NCBI GenBank assembly: GCA_963674595.2
Contig: CAXXFV010000029.1
Location: 96,001-160,000 of the forward strand
Source: a bacterium
GTDB lineage: Bacteria > Zhuqueibacterota > Zhuqueibacteria > Residuimicrobiales > Krinioviventaceae
Direction of reading: 5' to 3'
Length of the DNA stretch: 64,000 nt
The notes below the pieces were generated by a model. That model saw nothing but the letters and a program-made list of their open reading frames with translations, ran no database searches and was not told the DNA's origin. Shown piece after piece: positions 49,511 through 59,799 of this stretch. The position numbers and the translations under genes were made by a program. How positions within the stretch are numbered: the stretch's first letter is position 1; the number at the start of each line of letters is the position of its first letter.

Positions 49511-51487
49511 TTAATTTTTCAGCAAACGACAAACAAGCTGTTTATCGGAATCCGGTGGAATATGAATGACCGTATCCGACGGCACGGCCCTAAAGCCGTC
49601 TCTGAAAATTTTAATCCGATGGGTGCCAACCGGCAGCTTGATGCGCATGGGCGTTGTCCGCTTGGTTGACTTGCCGTCAATGGTTACATAGGCATAGCCG
49701 TACATGACGGCGTTATCCAAAACAACGGACAATTCTCCGTAACCAATGTCTTCCGCCTGGTATGAAATAACACTGCTCGACTCCATATCCAGAACGATGG
49801 ATGTTTCCCATGTAAATAAATTCTGGGCGTCGATATATTTCAGAGTGTGGCGGCCTACTGCCAGATCAACTTCACAGGGGAGCGGATAGGACGGCAGACG
49901 ATCATCAATGATCAGACGACCGGCAAAGTCGACTTTGGCAAAAGTGTATCGCCGTAAAGCATCGGACTTGGGTTGTAAATGAGCAGCTATTTTCAACGTA
50001 TCACCGGATACGTTTATGGATTTTGACCAGTTTTTAAAACCTTTTTTGCTCACCGATATAGTATGCCTTGAACCGGATGCCAGCGGTCCCACCAAAAAGG
50101 GACTCCCGGAACTTGTTCCGACATTGGAACCATCCAAAAATACATTCGCAGCAATAGCGACCGAATCGGAAAAAACCTGCACTAAAACAGCCGAATTTTT
50201 CACCTCACTTTTAACAACAGCTTGCTGTGCTGGTTTTATTTCTTCCTGCGTCGTTTGCACCGGCGGATTTTTAACCGGCTCCTGACGAATTACCGGAGGT
50301 CTTTCATTTTTCGGTTTTTCAATAACCGGCTCGGGCTCCTGTTTTACAATTACACTTGTATCAATCTGGTCATTTTGTTTCAAATTTGTAAATGCTTCGT
50401 CGTCGTCAATTTTCTCTTCGGTTATAAAGTCCTGATACAACATATCAATTCTATTAGACTTGCGGCTGCTCATTTCCGTAAAGACGGTAACCGCTAACCC
50501 AATAATAATTATAAGAGAAACTATAAGCAAAGCATAGGCCACTCTTCGCCGGCTGCCCACAAGTGTGGGAGAAAAAACCTGAAAAACAGGCGGCAGCCGT
50601 TCTAAAAGGTCCTGAATTTTACTTTGCAAAAATGACTCGGAAAAGGGTTCGTCTTCGTCCTTGTCCAAAGTTTCGAGAGCAGATTGCGGGTCCAGCTCGC
50701 GGATAACTGTGGACAGATTTTTTATATTGTTATTCACATCGGACGACAGTATGCCCAATGTCACTCTTTCAATGTTGGTGGATATATTCGGGTTCACTAT
50801 TCTGGGCGAGGGCAGCAATTTATTTTGATCATACTGAATGGCCTGAACAGTGTTGCCTTTAAAAGGCGCTTTTCCGGCCAGCATGTGATACAGGATGACG
50901 CCCGCCCCATATAAATCCGTATTTGAATTGACAAAAGAGGCTTCCTGCAAACGTTCCGGGGAGAAAAACGGCGCAAAGGGTATAACGGCCTTGTCCTGTA
51001 CCTCAAACAAAAGATGATCAAGCAATGCCCCGGAACCGAAATTGATGATGGATATATTATCCTCATTGTCCAGGTAAATGCTGTCAAGGTTCAGGGCGCC
51101 GTGAACAATGCCGCCGAGATAAGAATATTGCAGCGCCCGGCAAATTTGCAGTGTAATTTTCCTGGCACGTTCTTCATTAAAGAGCTTACCCGTCTTGAGG
51201 ATATCTGCCAGAGATGTTCCGTCAAATGCCTTTAACAGAATAAAGTGGGTATGGTCCTCTGTGCCGAAATTAATCGTCTTTAAAATGTTTTTGTGGTCCA
51301 ACCCCATGGCAATTTCAGCGGACTGGTGAAACAGTTTGACAACCTTTTCCTGGTCGGAAAACCGCTGGGCCAATATTTTAAACCAGACCTGTTCGCCGGA
51401 AGCAACAGATTCAGCCTTGACTATCTGCCAAACAGGCCCCTCATAAATATTGGTTACAACTCTGTTATCTCCAATAAGAACAGGCAT
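49511..51487 (-). CDS. Membrane Ser/Thr kinase-like protein (probable pseudokinase) with extracytoplasmic PEGA domains
   Basis: Hanks-fold landmarks (FKIL, LDHKNIL, SPE, DLYGAGVILYHMLAG..PF) but HRD is HGA and DFG is NFG; one TM; PEGA-like repeats. Confidence 0.82.
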   Translation of the reverse strand: MPVLIGDNRVVTNIYEGPVWQIVKAESVASGEQVWFKILAQRFSDQEKVVKLFHQSAEIAMGLDHKNILKTINFGTEDHTHFILLKAFDGTSLADILKTGKLFNEERARKITLQICRALQYSYLGGIVHGALNLDSIYLDNEDNISIINFGSGALLDHLLFEVQDKAVIPFAPFFSPERLQEASFVNSNTDLYGAGVILYHMLAGKAPFKGNTVQAIQYDQNKLLPSPRIVNPNISTNIERVTLGILSSDVNNNIKNLSTVIRELDPQSALETLDKDEDEPFSESFLQSKIQDLLERLPPVFQVFSPTLVGSRRRVAYALLIVSLIIIIGLAVTVFTEMSSRKSNRIDMLYQDFITEEKIDDDEAFTNLKQNDQIDTSVIVKQEPEPVIEKPKNERPPVIRQEPVKNPPVQTTQEEIKPAQQAVVKSEVKNSAVLVQVFSDSVAIAANVFLDGSNVGTSSGSPFLVGPLASGSRHTISVSKKGFKNWSKSINVSGDTLKIAAHLQPKSDALRRYTFAKVDFAGRLIIDDRLPSYPLPCEVDLAVGRHTLKYIDAQNLFTWETSIVLDMESSSVISYQAEDIGYGELSVVLDNAVMYGYAYVTIDGKSTKRTTPMRIKLPVGTHRIKIFRDGFRAVPSDTVIHIPPDSDKQLVCRLLKN

Positions 51488-51591
51488 ATACCATCACTCT
51501 CGTTAATAAGTTTATATTTCAGTTTTAATATAGTAAAAATGAGTTTGAATTGCAATAAAGGTTAAGCTTCAAATAAAATTTTCTTTTAATT

Positions 51592-53982
51592 TCAATATGA
51601 AACCAACCGTAATGTAGTTCCGTCACTTTCAAACTGCACAGCGCCGTGCAGATCGGTGCGCAGCACCCGGCCGCCGCTATTATTCAAACGGTCCATGACG
51701 GATTTGGACGGCAAACCGGAGCGATTAAACCGGCCGACAGAAACAATAAAATAGTCCGGGGCCACTTTATCAACAAAACCCGGCCCGGATGAAGAAGCAC
51801 TGCCGTGATGGGCGACTTTGAGCAGGTCTGATTTTAAAAAGGACCCAAAACGTTGCATTTCAAACTCGGATTCCGCTTCCGCATCGCCGGTCATTAAAAA
51901 TGATACCCGGCCGTAAACAATTTTACAGACAACGGAACTGTTGTTTATGTCTGTTTGTCCGGCATTGACCTGTTCAAGCATATGTTGAGACGGCTGTAAA
52001 ATAAAAAACGCGGTATTGACGAATCCGGACAGGGTATCGCCGGATGTCACGGTTTTGACAGGAATATTGTAAACAAGGGCAAGAGAATCCAGTCTTTTCT
52101 GTAACGGCACGTCAAGGCCAACATCCGGTTTGATAATACGTCCGATCTTGAAACTGCTCATCAAAAATTCAGTACCGCCGATATGGTCATCATGCGGATG
52201 GGTGAGCAACAGAACGTCGATTTTTTTTATCCCGTTTTGTATGAGATATGGGGCAATGACATTCTGCCCGTAATCAAAGCGGCCGTTATTATCACCGCTG
52301 TCCACCAACAGTGTTTTGCCGTCCGGAAACCGGAACAGGGCGGCGTCACCCTGACCGACGTCGAAAAAGATACAGCGCAGATGACTGCCGCCAAAAACAC
52401 CGGGCCAGATGATGATGTTTAATAAAACAATAATAATGATTAAAAATACTTTTGAATTTTTTCTGTTTACAAAAACAATAAATCCGAACAGCAGATAATA
52501 TAAAAGAAACATCAAAAAGGACGGACGCATAACAGGGATCCTCACCAGGGGCAAAGACCCGATGAGCGACAAACCTGAGGTGAGCAGGGACAATAAAAAA
52601 TCGATGGCATTAAAAAACACGGCGGCCGGACCGGTCGATAACAGCGATAACAGGACGGAAAAAAATCCGGCTGCCACAACAACGCTGACCAGCGGCACCA
52701 CCAGCAGGTTGGCAAACAAAGCAAAGGGAGTGATTTGACCAAAATACCAGGCCGTAAGCGGAGCCGTCGCTAAAATAGCGCCCAGGGAAACAACAGACAA
52801 CTGGAATATCAGTATCGAAATTCCTTTTTCCTGTTCCTGCCACCGTAACAGCTTCAAACGAAACACGGACTTTATTCTCCGGTAAAACAGCACAATACCG
52901 CAAACAGCGGTAAAAGAGAGCTGGAACCCGGTATCAAACAGTTGCAGCGGATTGATAACCAGAATAACAAAAGCGGCGGCAGACAGGGTGTTGATGACGT
53001 CATGTTTGCGTCCCAATAAATGCGCGATAATAACCAGAGACGCCATGATAAAAGCACGCACAACGGGGGTGTGACAGCCGGTGAGAAAAACATAATACAA
53101 AAGACCGGCAATGGTCAGCAAACCGGACCAGGGCTGGGGAACACGTAAAAGTTTGAACAGTCCCAATAAAAGGCCCAGAATAAAACCCACATGAAGCCCG
53201 GATACGGCCAGAACATGAATGACACCGGTTGCGGAAAAGGTTTCCAGCAGGTCCCGGTCAATGCCCTCCCTTGCCCCCACAAGCAGTCCTTTTAAAAGGG
53301 CGGCATTTTGACCGGGGAGAAACCGGTCCACAGTCGTTAAAATATAATTACGGACCGGCAAAACTCCTTGCCGGTATAAAAAATTTCCCTGGTGCTCCTC
53401 CATCACAACGCTATGAAAATCGGTCAAAACAGTCAAAATACTGAAAACGCCGCGAATCGCCAGGTATTGTTGATAATCAAAAGCACCGGGGTTCCCGGCG
53501 CCGGAGGGCTGTCGTAAACCGCCTTTTAATACAACACGGTCGCCGTATTTTAATTTTTTATGAGGATTGTACAGATTAACAAGGATTTTTCCGGATACGG
53601 GAGCAACGCCCTGAAAGGTCCACAGGGAATCCACAGACAGGTAAAAATAGTGTTTCTGCTCTTTTTCATAAACAGGACTTTTAATAACGCCCTCGACTGT
53701 TACCGGGTCCGGACCGTCATTAAACCGGCGGACGTCATTATAGCGTATAAATGACAGTTGATAAGAATAAAAAAACGCGCCCAGCAGCGCAAAAACCGTC
53801 AAGGTGAAAATGGTAAAAAGAGATGATTTTTTCAGATGATAAAAAACCAGGCAGGCAATGCTCGCCCCCACTGCCGGCAGGATAAACCATGCCCAGTGAA
53901 TTTGAAATGATTTGGCAAAGACAATTCCAAAGACAAAGGGTAAAAGAATTTTTAATACCGGTTTTGTGTCAAAACGGAACAT
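51592..53982 (-). CDS. comEC: DNA internalization competence protein ComEC/Rec2
   Basis: NPGAFDY, HVLAVSGLHVG, GFQLSF, DVGQGDA, THPHDDHIGG, KVAHHGS, RTDLHG. Confidence 0.95.
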   Translation of the reverse strand: MFRFDTKPVLKILLPFVFGIVFAKSFQIHWAWFILPAVGASIACLVFYHLKKSSLFTIFTLTVFALLGAFFYSYQLSFIRYNDVRRFNDGPDPVTVEGVIKSPVYEKEQKHYFYLSVDSLWTFQGVAPVSGKILVNLYNPHKKLKYGDRVVLKGGLRQPSGAGNPGAFDYQQYLAIRGVFSILTVLTDFHSVVMEEHQGNFLYRQGVLPVRNYILTTVDRFLPGQNAALLKGLLVGAREGIDRDLLETFSATGVIHVLAVSGLHVGFILGLLLGLFKLLRVPQPWSGLLTIAGLLYYVFLTGCHTPVVRAFIMASLVIIAHLLGRKHDVINTLSAAAFVILVINPLQLFDTGFQLSFTAVCGIVLFYRRIKSVFRLKLLRWQEQEKGISILIFQLSVVSLGAILATAPLTAWYFGQITPFALFANLLVVPLVSVVVAAGFFSVLLSLLSTGPAAVFFNAIDFLLSLLTSGLSLIGSLPLVRIPVMRPSFLMFLLYYLLFGFIVFVNRKNSKVFLIIIIVLLNIIIWPGVFGGSHLRCIFFDVGQGDAALFRFPDGKTLLVDSGDNNGRFDYGQNVIAPYLIQNGIKKIDVLLLTHPHDDHIGGTEFLMSSFKIGRIIKPDVGLDVPLQKRLDSLALVYNIPVKTVTSGDTLSGFVNTAFFILQPSQHMLEQVNAGQTDINNSSVVCKIVYGRVSFLMTGDAEAESEFEMQRFGSFLKSDLLKVAHHGSASSSGPGFVDKVAPDYFIVSVGRFNRSGLPSKSVMDRLNNSGGRVLRTDLHGAVQFESDGTTLRLVSY

Positions 53983-54587
53983 TAATCCACAGTCGTTTGC
54001 AGAATCCTGTTGTGCAGTGTTTTTACCTGTTGTTCAAGTGAATTTAAATCCTGGTCGTTGGTGATGACAAAATCAGACCGGGCAATTTTTTCTTCCTGAG
54101 AAAGCTGGGCAGCCATACGTTTTAATATCTGTTCGCGGGGCAGGCCGTCACGGGCCTGGGTGCGCTGAATGCAGGCCTCGACCGACGCTGAAACAGTGAT
54201 GTTATAATCCATTTGTTTATCAACGCCCAGTTCAAATATCAGCGCCGCATTGATGATCAGGTATTTACTGGTTCCCTCCCCCTCAATCTCGTTGACAAGC
54301 TGATCCACTCTCTCCAGCATAAGCGGATGGACAATATCGTTCAATCTTTTCAAATGCGCCTCATTGGCAAAAACGATCTTTCCGACCCGTTTGCGGTTTA
54401 TTTGACCGTTTTCCAGAATATCTTTTCCAAAGGCTTCAACCAGTTTTTGTTTGGCGGTTTCACTGTGCTGTAATACCCAATGCCCGGCAAGATCAACATC
54501 AATGACCGGTACGTTCAGCGATTCAAAAATAGCGGCCACGGTTGATTTACCGCTTCCCAAAATACCTGTCAGTCCGATTTTTAACAT
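53982..54587 (-). CDS. coaE: Dephospho-CoA kinase
   Basis: IGLTGILGSGKSTV, LNDIVHP, RMAAQ. Confidence 0.93.
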   Translation of the reverse strand: MLKIGLTGILGSGKSTVAAIFESLNVPVIDVDLAGHWVLQHSETAKQKLVEAFGKDILENGQINRKRVGKIVFANEAHLKRLNDIVHPLMLERVDQLVNEIEGEGTSKYLIINAALIFELGVDKQMDYNITVSASVEACIQRTQARDGLPREQILKRMAAQLSQEEKIARSDFVITNDQDLNSLEQQVKTLHNRILQTTVD

Positions 54588-54595
54588 GCATGCGC

Positions 54596-57500
54596 CTATT
54601 TTATAATTGCCAGTTTTCCCAGAAAATCCTGGTCTTTATAGGTAATTCGATAAATATAAATCCCGGAAGCGACCCGTTCACCGGCGTCATTACACAGGTC
54701 CCATTGCACACCGCCGTCGCCGTTGGTTTCCCGGATCGTGCGCACCGGCCGGCCCTGCGAGGTCAAAATGCGAATTTCAGCCTGGGGCGTTAAATTGGCA
54801 AAGGTGATCACCCCGGTGCCGTATTCGGGCTTGTAGGGATTGGGAAAGGTGAAAACATGGTCCAGGGAGGTTTGTGAAAAAATCAGTTTTAAATAATCGC
54901 CCCGGCCTGCAACCATGGCGACATTCTGCGCGCTTTTTAAATTTTTCACTTTTAGGGTAAAAGTTTTGCCGAACGCGCCGAAATTCTGTCCGGAGGCCAG
55001 TTTCAGTTCCACTTTATCGTCCGCCGTAAGCTGGACGGAAACAATCTCTATGTCCTCAAAATCATAATTGCCGATATGTTCCACACTCTGCTGGTCCATG
55101 GTTTCGCTAAAGGTCAGTTCAACCGTGGTATTGTCTAACAAATTTCCGGCTTTTAAATAGGGCACAGACAACGGCACCGTATATTGAAAATCAGCCGTAC
55201 TACGGATTTCATCCAGGGGCGTTCGGTCGCGGTCCTGCACATTAAAACAGGAAACAGTATAGGATACGCCGGCCTTGAAACTGTTTGCAAAACTGAGCAC
55301 AATTTCCTGACCGTATTTATCGGGAATTGCGGATGAGGGACGCCCGATGGTGTTGTTCACGATATACTTTGTCGGATCTTTGGCTGAAGCGCCGAGCGGT
55401 TCGCTGAAAACCAGTCTCAGGTTATTGGTGGTTTCCGTATAGGCTTGTGCCAGCCAGGGCCGGTATCCGGGGCGCGCCGACACAATAACCGAAGGCAGAC
55501 TGGTTTTCCCGCCCGCAGTCTGAGAGGCAATAATTTGATAATAGTATGTTTTATTTTTAAGGACCAGCGAATCCAGGCAACTGTTTTCCGATACGGTTAA
55601 TAAAGGCAGCAGCGTGTCCGCATGGGTCCCTTTAAAAACGGTATAGGCATCGGCGCCGCTCACCTCGCGCCAGGATATTTTTACACGCCCTTCATCAAGG
55701 GGCTGGGCCGTAACGCCCACCGGGGCCGAAAGACCGGTCTCTCCCCCGCTCTGTTCAAAAACAATCGTGTTTGTGCCGTCGCCGCTTAAAATTTCGTTTT
55801 GGCCGTCCACATCAACGTCCTGCACCAGCACACCGCTCGATTGTACGGTTGAATGATGGTAGATGACCTTGTATTGATCGTCAACATAATTTATGATATA
55901 AAAATCCGGAAAAGCGCAGATAAAAATTTCATCGTCGCCGTCCTGATCAATGTCGCCGCTGGACACACCGGACTCGAAATCCTTGACCGACTCGAACCCG
56001 AAAATACGCCAGTCCGCAACAATTTCATAGGTATTGTCACCGGTCCGGTCAAAAACAGCATAATACCAGTGCCGGGCGTCGTAATAGTGTTCGGTGTTCA
56101 GGTTCGGGTCCGAATGGCACCCGGCAATAAATTCGGTCTGGCCGTCGCCGTCATAATCACCCACGGACAAAAAGTCAATGGCGTCCTGCAGCGGCAAGGA
56201 TGTCTGCCAGGTTATTTGATAAGCATTGTCGCCCGTGTTTTCATAAATATAAAGATCGCCGTCGCTGTCACCGGCGAGAAATTCCAAATAACCGTCATTG
56301 TCAAAATCGCCATATTCACAAAACGGAACACCGTTCTGGTTTTCGCCGCTGGTCGGATTGGGCAATTCCGCAGCCATTTGAAACTGTGAATTTGCGTTCA
56401 GTTCCCATATTTCAAACTGGTCCACGCTTGAATTATTTTCACTTTTAACAATCCGAAAAATAATTTCGCCTTTGTCATCCTTGTCCAAATCGGCAATGCG
56501 GCCGGCCCAATATTGTGTCGAGCCTTCGCCGGACCAGGTTTTCCATTCAACAGACGGGAACCCGTCTGTTTCATCACATTTGAACAGGTAACTGGAAAAT
56601 CCCAGTCCGCACAGCATTTCCGGTTTGCCGTCATTGTCAATGTCACCAAAATCACGCGGGATCAGCGATGAAGCCGAGGCATAAAGTTCATCAAAACCGG
56701 CACCGTTGTGTTCAAATATTTTTACCGGACCGATTCCGTTTTCTCCCTCAATGCCGATGACAATATCCGGTATGCCGTTTTGGTTAAAATCAAAATGTTG
56801 GTTGACAAGGGTGCCGAAGGGCAGGCCGCTTGCAAAGGGCGAAAATCCCACCACATCAATGGGCGGCGCACTGAGATCAACCGTATAAAAAACGCTGCTG
56901 TTATCGTCTGTGGTTTCCAGTCCGGCCCCGTTTCCGGCCCGTACTTTAATTTCAGCCATGCCGGTGATTTCATCCTGGGTGAGATTATATCGAAGTTCAT
57001 TACTGCGATAGGCCATGGCCGCTTCCTGAAAGTCCTCTGTGGAATTTTGCGGCCGGAAAAAGACCGATCCTTCACAAAGGTCATCCGTCACAAAAGAGAC
57101 AAGATTGGACGTGCGGTCACCGTCCAGCATGGGCGCTATGGTGACATCACTGATGACCGGCCCGGAATGATCGATAAAAACCCGGGTCAAATCTTCCACA
57201 ACAGAGCCGTCCCTGTTTTCCACTTTTAAACGGACCGTATATTCACCCTCTTCCTGGGGCAGGTCCGTCCATGTGCCCAGTTCACCGTCAATAACCGGTT
57301 CCGTGTATGGTCCGGTTATCTTGTCCCAGTTTAACGGGTTCTCTCCCTCGCCGTAATAAAGGGTATAATTATCCAGAAACGGACTCCAGGCAGAGCCCTG
57401 AATAACCACCGGACCGCTGCTGAATCCCTGATCGAGGACCGGTTTTACGATTTTGACAATCGAATAATCCGTGGATTTTAACAAAAGCTCAAGGTCCAGG

Positions 57501-58828
57501 CGTCCGGCGCCGTAATAAAAGTCCCACATGTTATCGTCAATTTTATAGGCCGATTGCACCAGCCGGCCGCGAATTTGTTCGGCCGTATAATCCTTGTTCT
57601 GCGACCGGAGCAGGGCCGCTGCCGCCGATACAAATGGTGCGGAAAAGGACGTGCCGTTCATGGTTGTGTATTCGTCATTGAGTGTAGTGGTCAAAATATC
57701 CACCCCCGGCGCAACCAAATCGATGGTGGTGCCGTAATTGGAAAAACCTGCCAGATCGTCATCCTCATCGGTCGCACCGACGGAAATCACGCCGTTGAAT
57801 CCCGACGGATAATGGATCTGTTCTGTGGAGGAATTACCGGCCGAAGCCACCAGAACGACATTTTTCGTTGCCGCATAATGGATGACGTCGTCAACAATCC
57901 GGGATACAAACACATCGCCCCAGCTCATATTAATAACATCAGCCCCGTTTTGTATGGCGTATAAAATCGCCATGGCAACATCGTCTTCTTCGCCGTTGCC
58001 GCCGGCCGTAAAAGCGCGCAAATTCATCACCCGGCAGCCGTGGGCAACACCGGCAATACCGGCATTGTTGCCGGTCATGGCCGCTATAATACCGGCAACG
58101 CCTGTGCCGTGACCGTATTCGTCCATGGGGTCGTTGTCCGGTTCAAGATAATCACCGCCGTCCGCGTAATTGGGCGCATCGGTAAAGTCCCAGCCCTGAA
58201 CATCGTCAACAAAACCGTTAGCGTCATCATCGATACCGTTCAGGTCCGATTCATCAACAACACCGTTTCCGTTAATATCTTCACCGGGATTAATCCAGAT
58301 GTTTTCAAACAAATCAACATGATTATAATCGATACCCGTATCAATCACGCTGACAATGACATTTTCACTACCGCGTTCAATGTCCCAGGCAGCCTCGGCA
58401 TGAATTTTTGTTAACGCCCACTGTTCTGAATAACGGGTGTCGTTCGGGGTAAAATGCAGTTGAAAGGCCCGGTTTTCACCGATATATTGAATATTTTCAT
58501 TATCTTTTAAGGACTGTATAATTTCATCGGAATCGGTCTGTTCAGACAAAGAACAGATCAGCCATTTATGCAAATCTTGAAAAGACGAGCTAGATTCCAG
58601 ATCATTCGTTACAAAAGGGATCATTCTGACATTTTTATCGGCCAGGACCTTGTCAATGGAAGCAATGCCGGTTGTTTTTACGGATCGACCATCGGTTTTA
58701 TTTAACTGTACCGGACGGTCTTTTAGTTTGATCAGTAAGGTATTGCTTTTAGCAAAGGACAGGCCGGTTACCAGGAACAAAAAGATGGCTGCCACAAAAA
58801 ATATTTTAAAAAACTTTTTCACATTCAA
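54596..58828 (-). CDS. S8 (subtilisin-like) serine peptidase with FG-GAP, Fn3/Ig domains and a C-terminal sorting-like domain
   Basis: Triad VIDTG / HGTGVAG / GTSFSAP, SAGN; FPNPY..WDL..VASGIYIY. Confidence 0.92.
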   Translation of the reverse strand: MNVKKFFKIFFVAAIFLFLVTGLSFAKSNTLLIKLKDRPVQLNKTDGRSVKTTGIASIDKVLADKNVRMIPFVTNDLESSSSFQDLHKWLICSLSEQTDSDEIIQSLKDNENIQYIGENRAFQLHFTPNDTRYSEQWALTKIHAEAAWDIERGSENVIVSVIDTGIDYNHVDLFENIWINPGEDINGNGVVDESDLNGIDDDANGFVDDVQGWDFTDAPNYADGGDYLEPDNDPMDEYGHGTGVAGIIAAMTGNNAGIAGVAHGCRVMNLRAFTAGGNGEEDDVAMAILYAIQNGADVINMSWGDVFVSRIVDDVIHYAATKNVVLVASAGNSSTEQIHYPSGFNGVISVGATDEDDDLAGFSNYGTTIDLVAPGVDILTTTLNDEYTTMNGTSFSAPFVSAAAALLRSQNKDYTAEQIRGRLVQSAYKIDDNMWDFYYGAGRLDLELLLKSTDYSIVKIVKPVLDQGFSSGPVVIQGSAWSPFLDNYTLYYGEGENPLNWDKITGPYTEPVIDGELGTWTDLPQEEGEYTVRLKVENRDGSVVEDLTRVFIDHSGPVISDVTIAPMLDGDRTSNLVSFVTDDLCEGSVFFRPQNSTEDFQEAAMAYRSNELRYNLTQDEITGMAEIKVRAGNGAGLETTDDNSSVFYTVDLSAPPIDVVGFSPFASGLPFGTLVNQHFDFNQNGIPDIVIGIEGENGIGPVKIFEHNGAGFDELYASASSLIPRDFGDIDNDGKPEMLCGLGFSSYLFKCDETDGFPSVEWKTWSGEGSTQYWAGRIADLDKDDKGEIIFRIVKSENNSSVDQFEIWELNANSQFQMAAELPNPTSGENQNGVPFCEYGDFDNDGYLEFLAGDSDGDLYIYENTGDNAYQITWQTSLPLQDAIDFLSVGDYDGDGQTEFIAGCHSDPNLNTEHYYDARHWYYAVFDRTGDNTYEIVADWRIFGFESVKDFESGVSSGDIDQDGDDEIFICAFPDFYIINYVDDQYKVIYHHSTVQSSGVLVQDVDVDGQNEILSGDGTNTIVFEQSGGETGLSAPVGVTAQPLDEGRVKISWREVSGADAYTVFKGTHADTLLPLLTVSENSCLDSLVLKNKTYYYQIIASQTAGGKTSLPSVIVSARPGYRPWLAQAYTETTNNLRLVFSEPLGASAKDPTKYIVNNTIGRPSSAIPDKYGQEIVLSFANSFKAGVSYTVSCFNVQDRDRTPLDEIRSTADFQYTVPLSVPYLKAGNLLDNTTVELTFSETMDQQSVEHIGNYDFEDIEIVSVQLTADDKVELKLASGQNFGAFGKTFTLKVKNLKSAQNVAMVAGRGDYLKLIFSQTSLDHVFTFPNPYKPEYGTGVITFANLTPQAEIRILTSQGRPVRTIRETNGDGGVQWDLCNDAGERVASGIYIYRITYKDQDFLGKLAIIK

Positions 58829-59724
58829 TCCTTAAAACATAATTCAATTAAAATTCGCGGGAGTAAAATTATCAAAAGTAAAAATCCGATAAAACAGGAT
58901 GCTGTTTTTTGAAACAGGTGTTTGTCATATTTAAAAAAATAATCAACAAAAGAACGATGAGACGACACGATCATGGGCAGACGTTTTTTATTAACGCTGG
59001 CGCCTTTAAAATGTATGGCTTTTGCCCCGGAACAATAAAAAATCTCATAACCGCTTTTTTTAACCCGGTAACACCAGTCCACGTCGCTGAAAAACATGAA
59101 AAAACGTTCATCCCACAGACCGACTTTATTCAGCAGGTCCTGCGAAAAAACCAGGAACGCGCCCTGGGGCTGGTCCACATATCTTGAATGGGAATGATCA
59201 AAATCCGGCATTTTCCAGCGTTTAAACTTTTTAGAGAACAATCCCAGTCCCAAAATCTCAAACAGCACATCGCTCTTTTTAGGAAAGTAACGACAGGAAG
59301 CCTGAATAGTTCCGTCTGTATTTAACAACTGCGGCGCTGTAACGCCGGTTTTATCATCCTGTTCCAGTTTATCAATCAATATTGAAAGAGTATGTTCCTG
59401 CAAAATAACATCCGGGTTAAGCACCACGATATAACGGCCGGTACATTTTTTAAGGGCCTGATTTAAAGCGGCGGTAAAACCCCGGTTTTGTTGATTGTTT
59501 ATTACCTGGTAATCACAAAAATGCGCACCTGTCCCCTGTTGTTTCAGCAGCGAGGCGGTATCGTCCGGACTGTTATTATCGACAAGGATAATTTGTATTT
59601 TAAAATTCACTGTAGCAGATATAATACTGTTCAGGCAGGCGTGTATACTGTCTTTATTGTTATAGGTAACAATTGCAATGGAAATATCCGGAGACCCTGA
59701 ACGATTCAATTCCACGGGAAACAA
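58825..59724 (-). CDS. Glycosyltransferase family 2
   Basis: IVTYN, VDNNSPD, NRGF..LNPD, WDERFFMFFSDVDWC. Confidence 0.9.
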   Translation of the reverse strand: MFPVELNRSGSPDISIAIVTYNNKDSIHACLNSIISATVNFKIQIILVDNNSPDDTASLLKQQGTGAHFCDYQVINNQQNRGFTAALNQALKKCTGRYIVVLNPDVILQEHTLSILIDKLEQDDKTGVTAPQLLNTDGTIQASCRYFPKKSDVLFEILGLGLFSKKFKRWKMPDFDHSHSRYVDQPQGAFLVFSQDLLNKVGLWDERFFMFFSDVDWCYRVKKSGYEIFYCSGAKAIHFKGASVNKKRLPMIVSSHRSFVDYFFKYDKHLFQKTASCFIGFLLLIILLPRILIELCFKD

Positions 59725-59799
59725 CTTTCGGTTTTATGTTAAAAGAAAAAGCATGACCAAAAAATCAGCCATGCTTATTTTCAAATATTGAAAAGCAGG

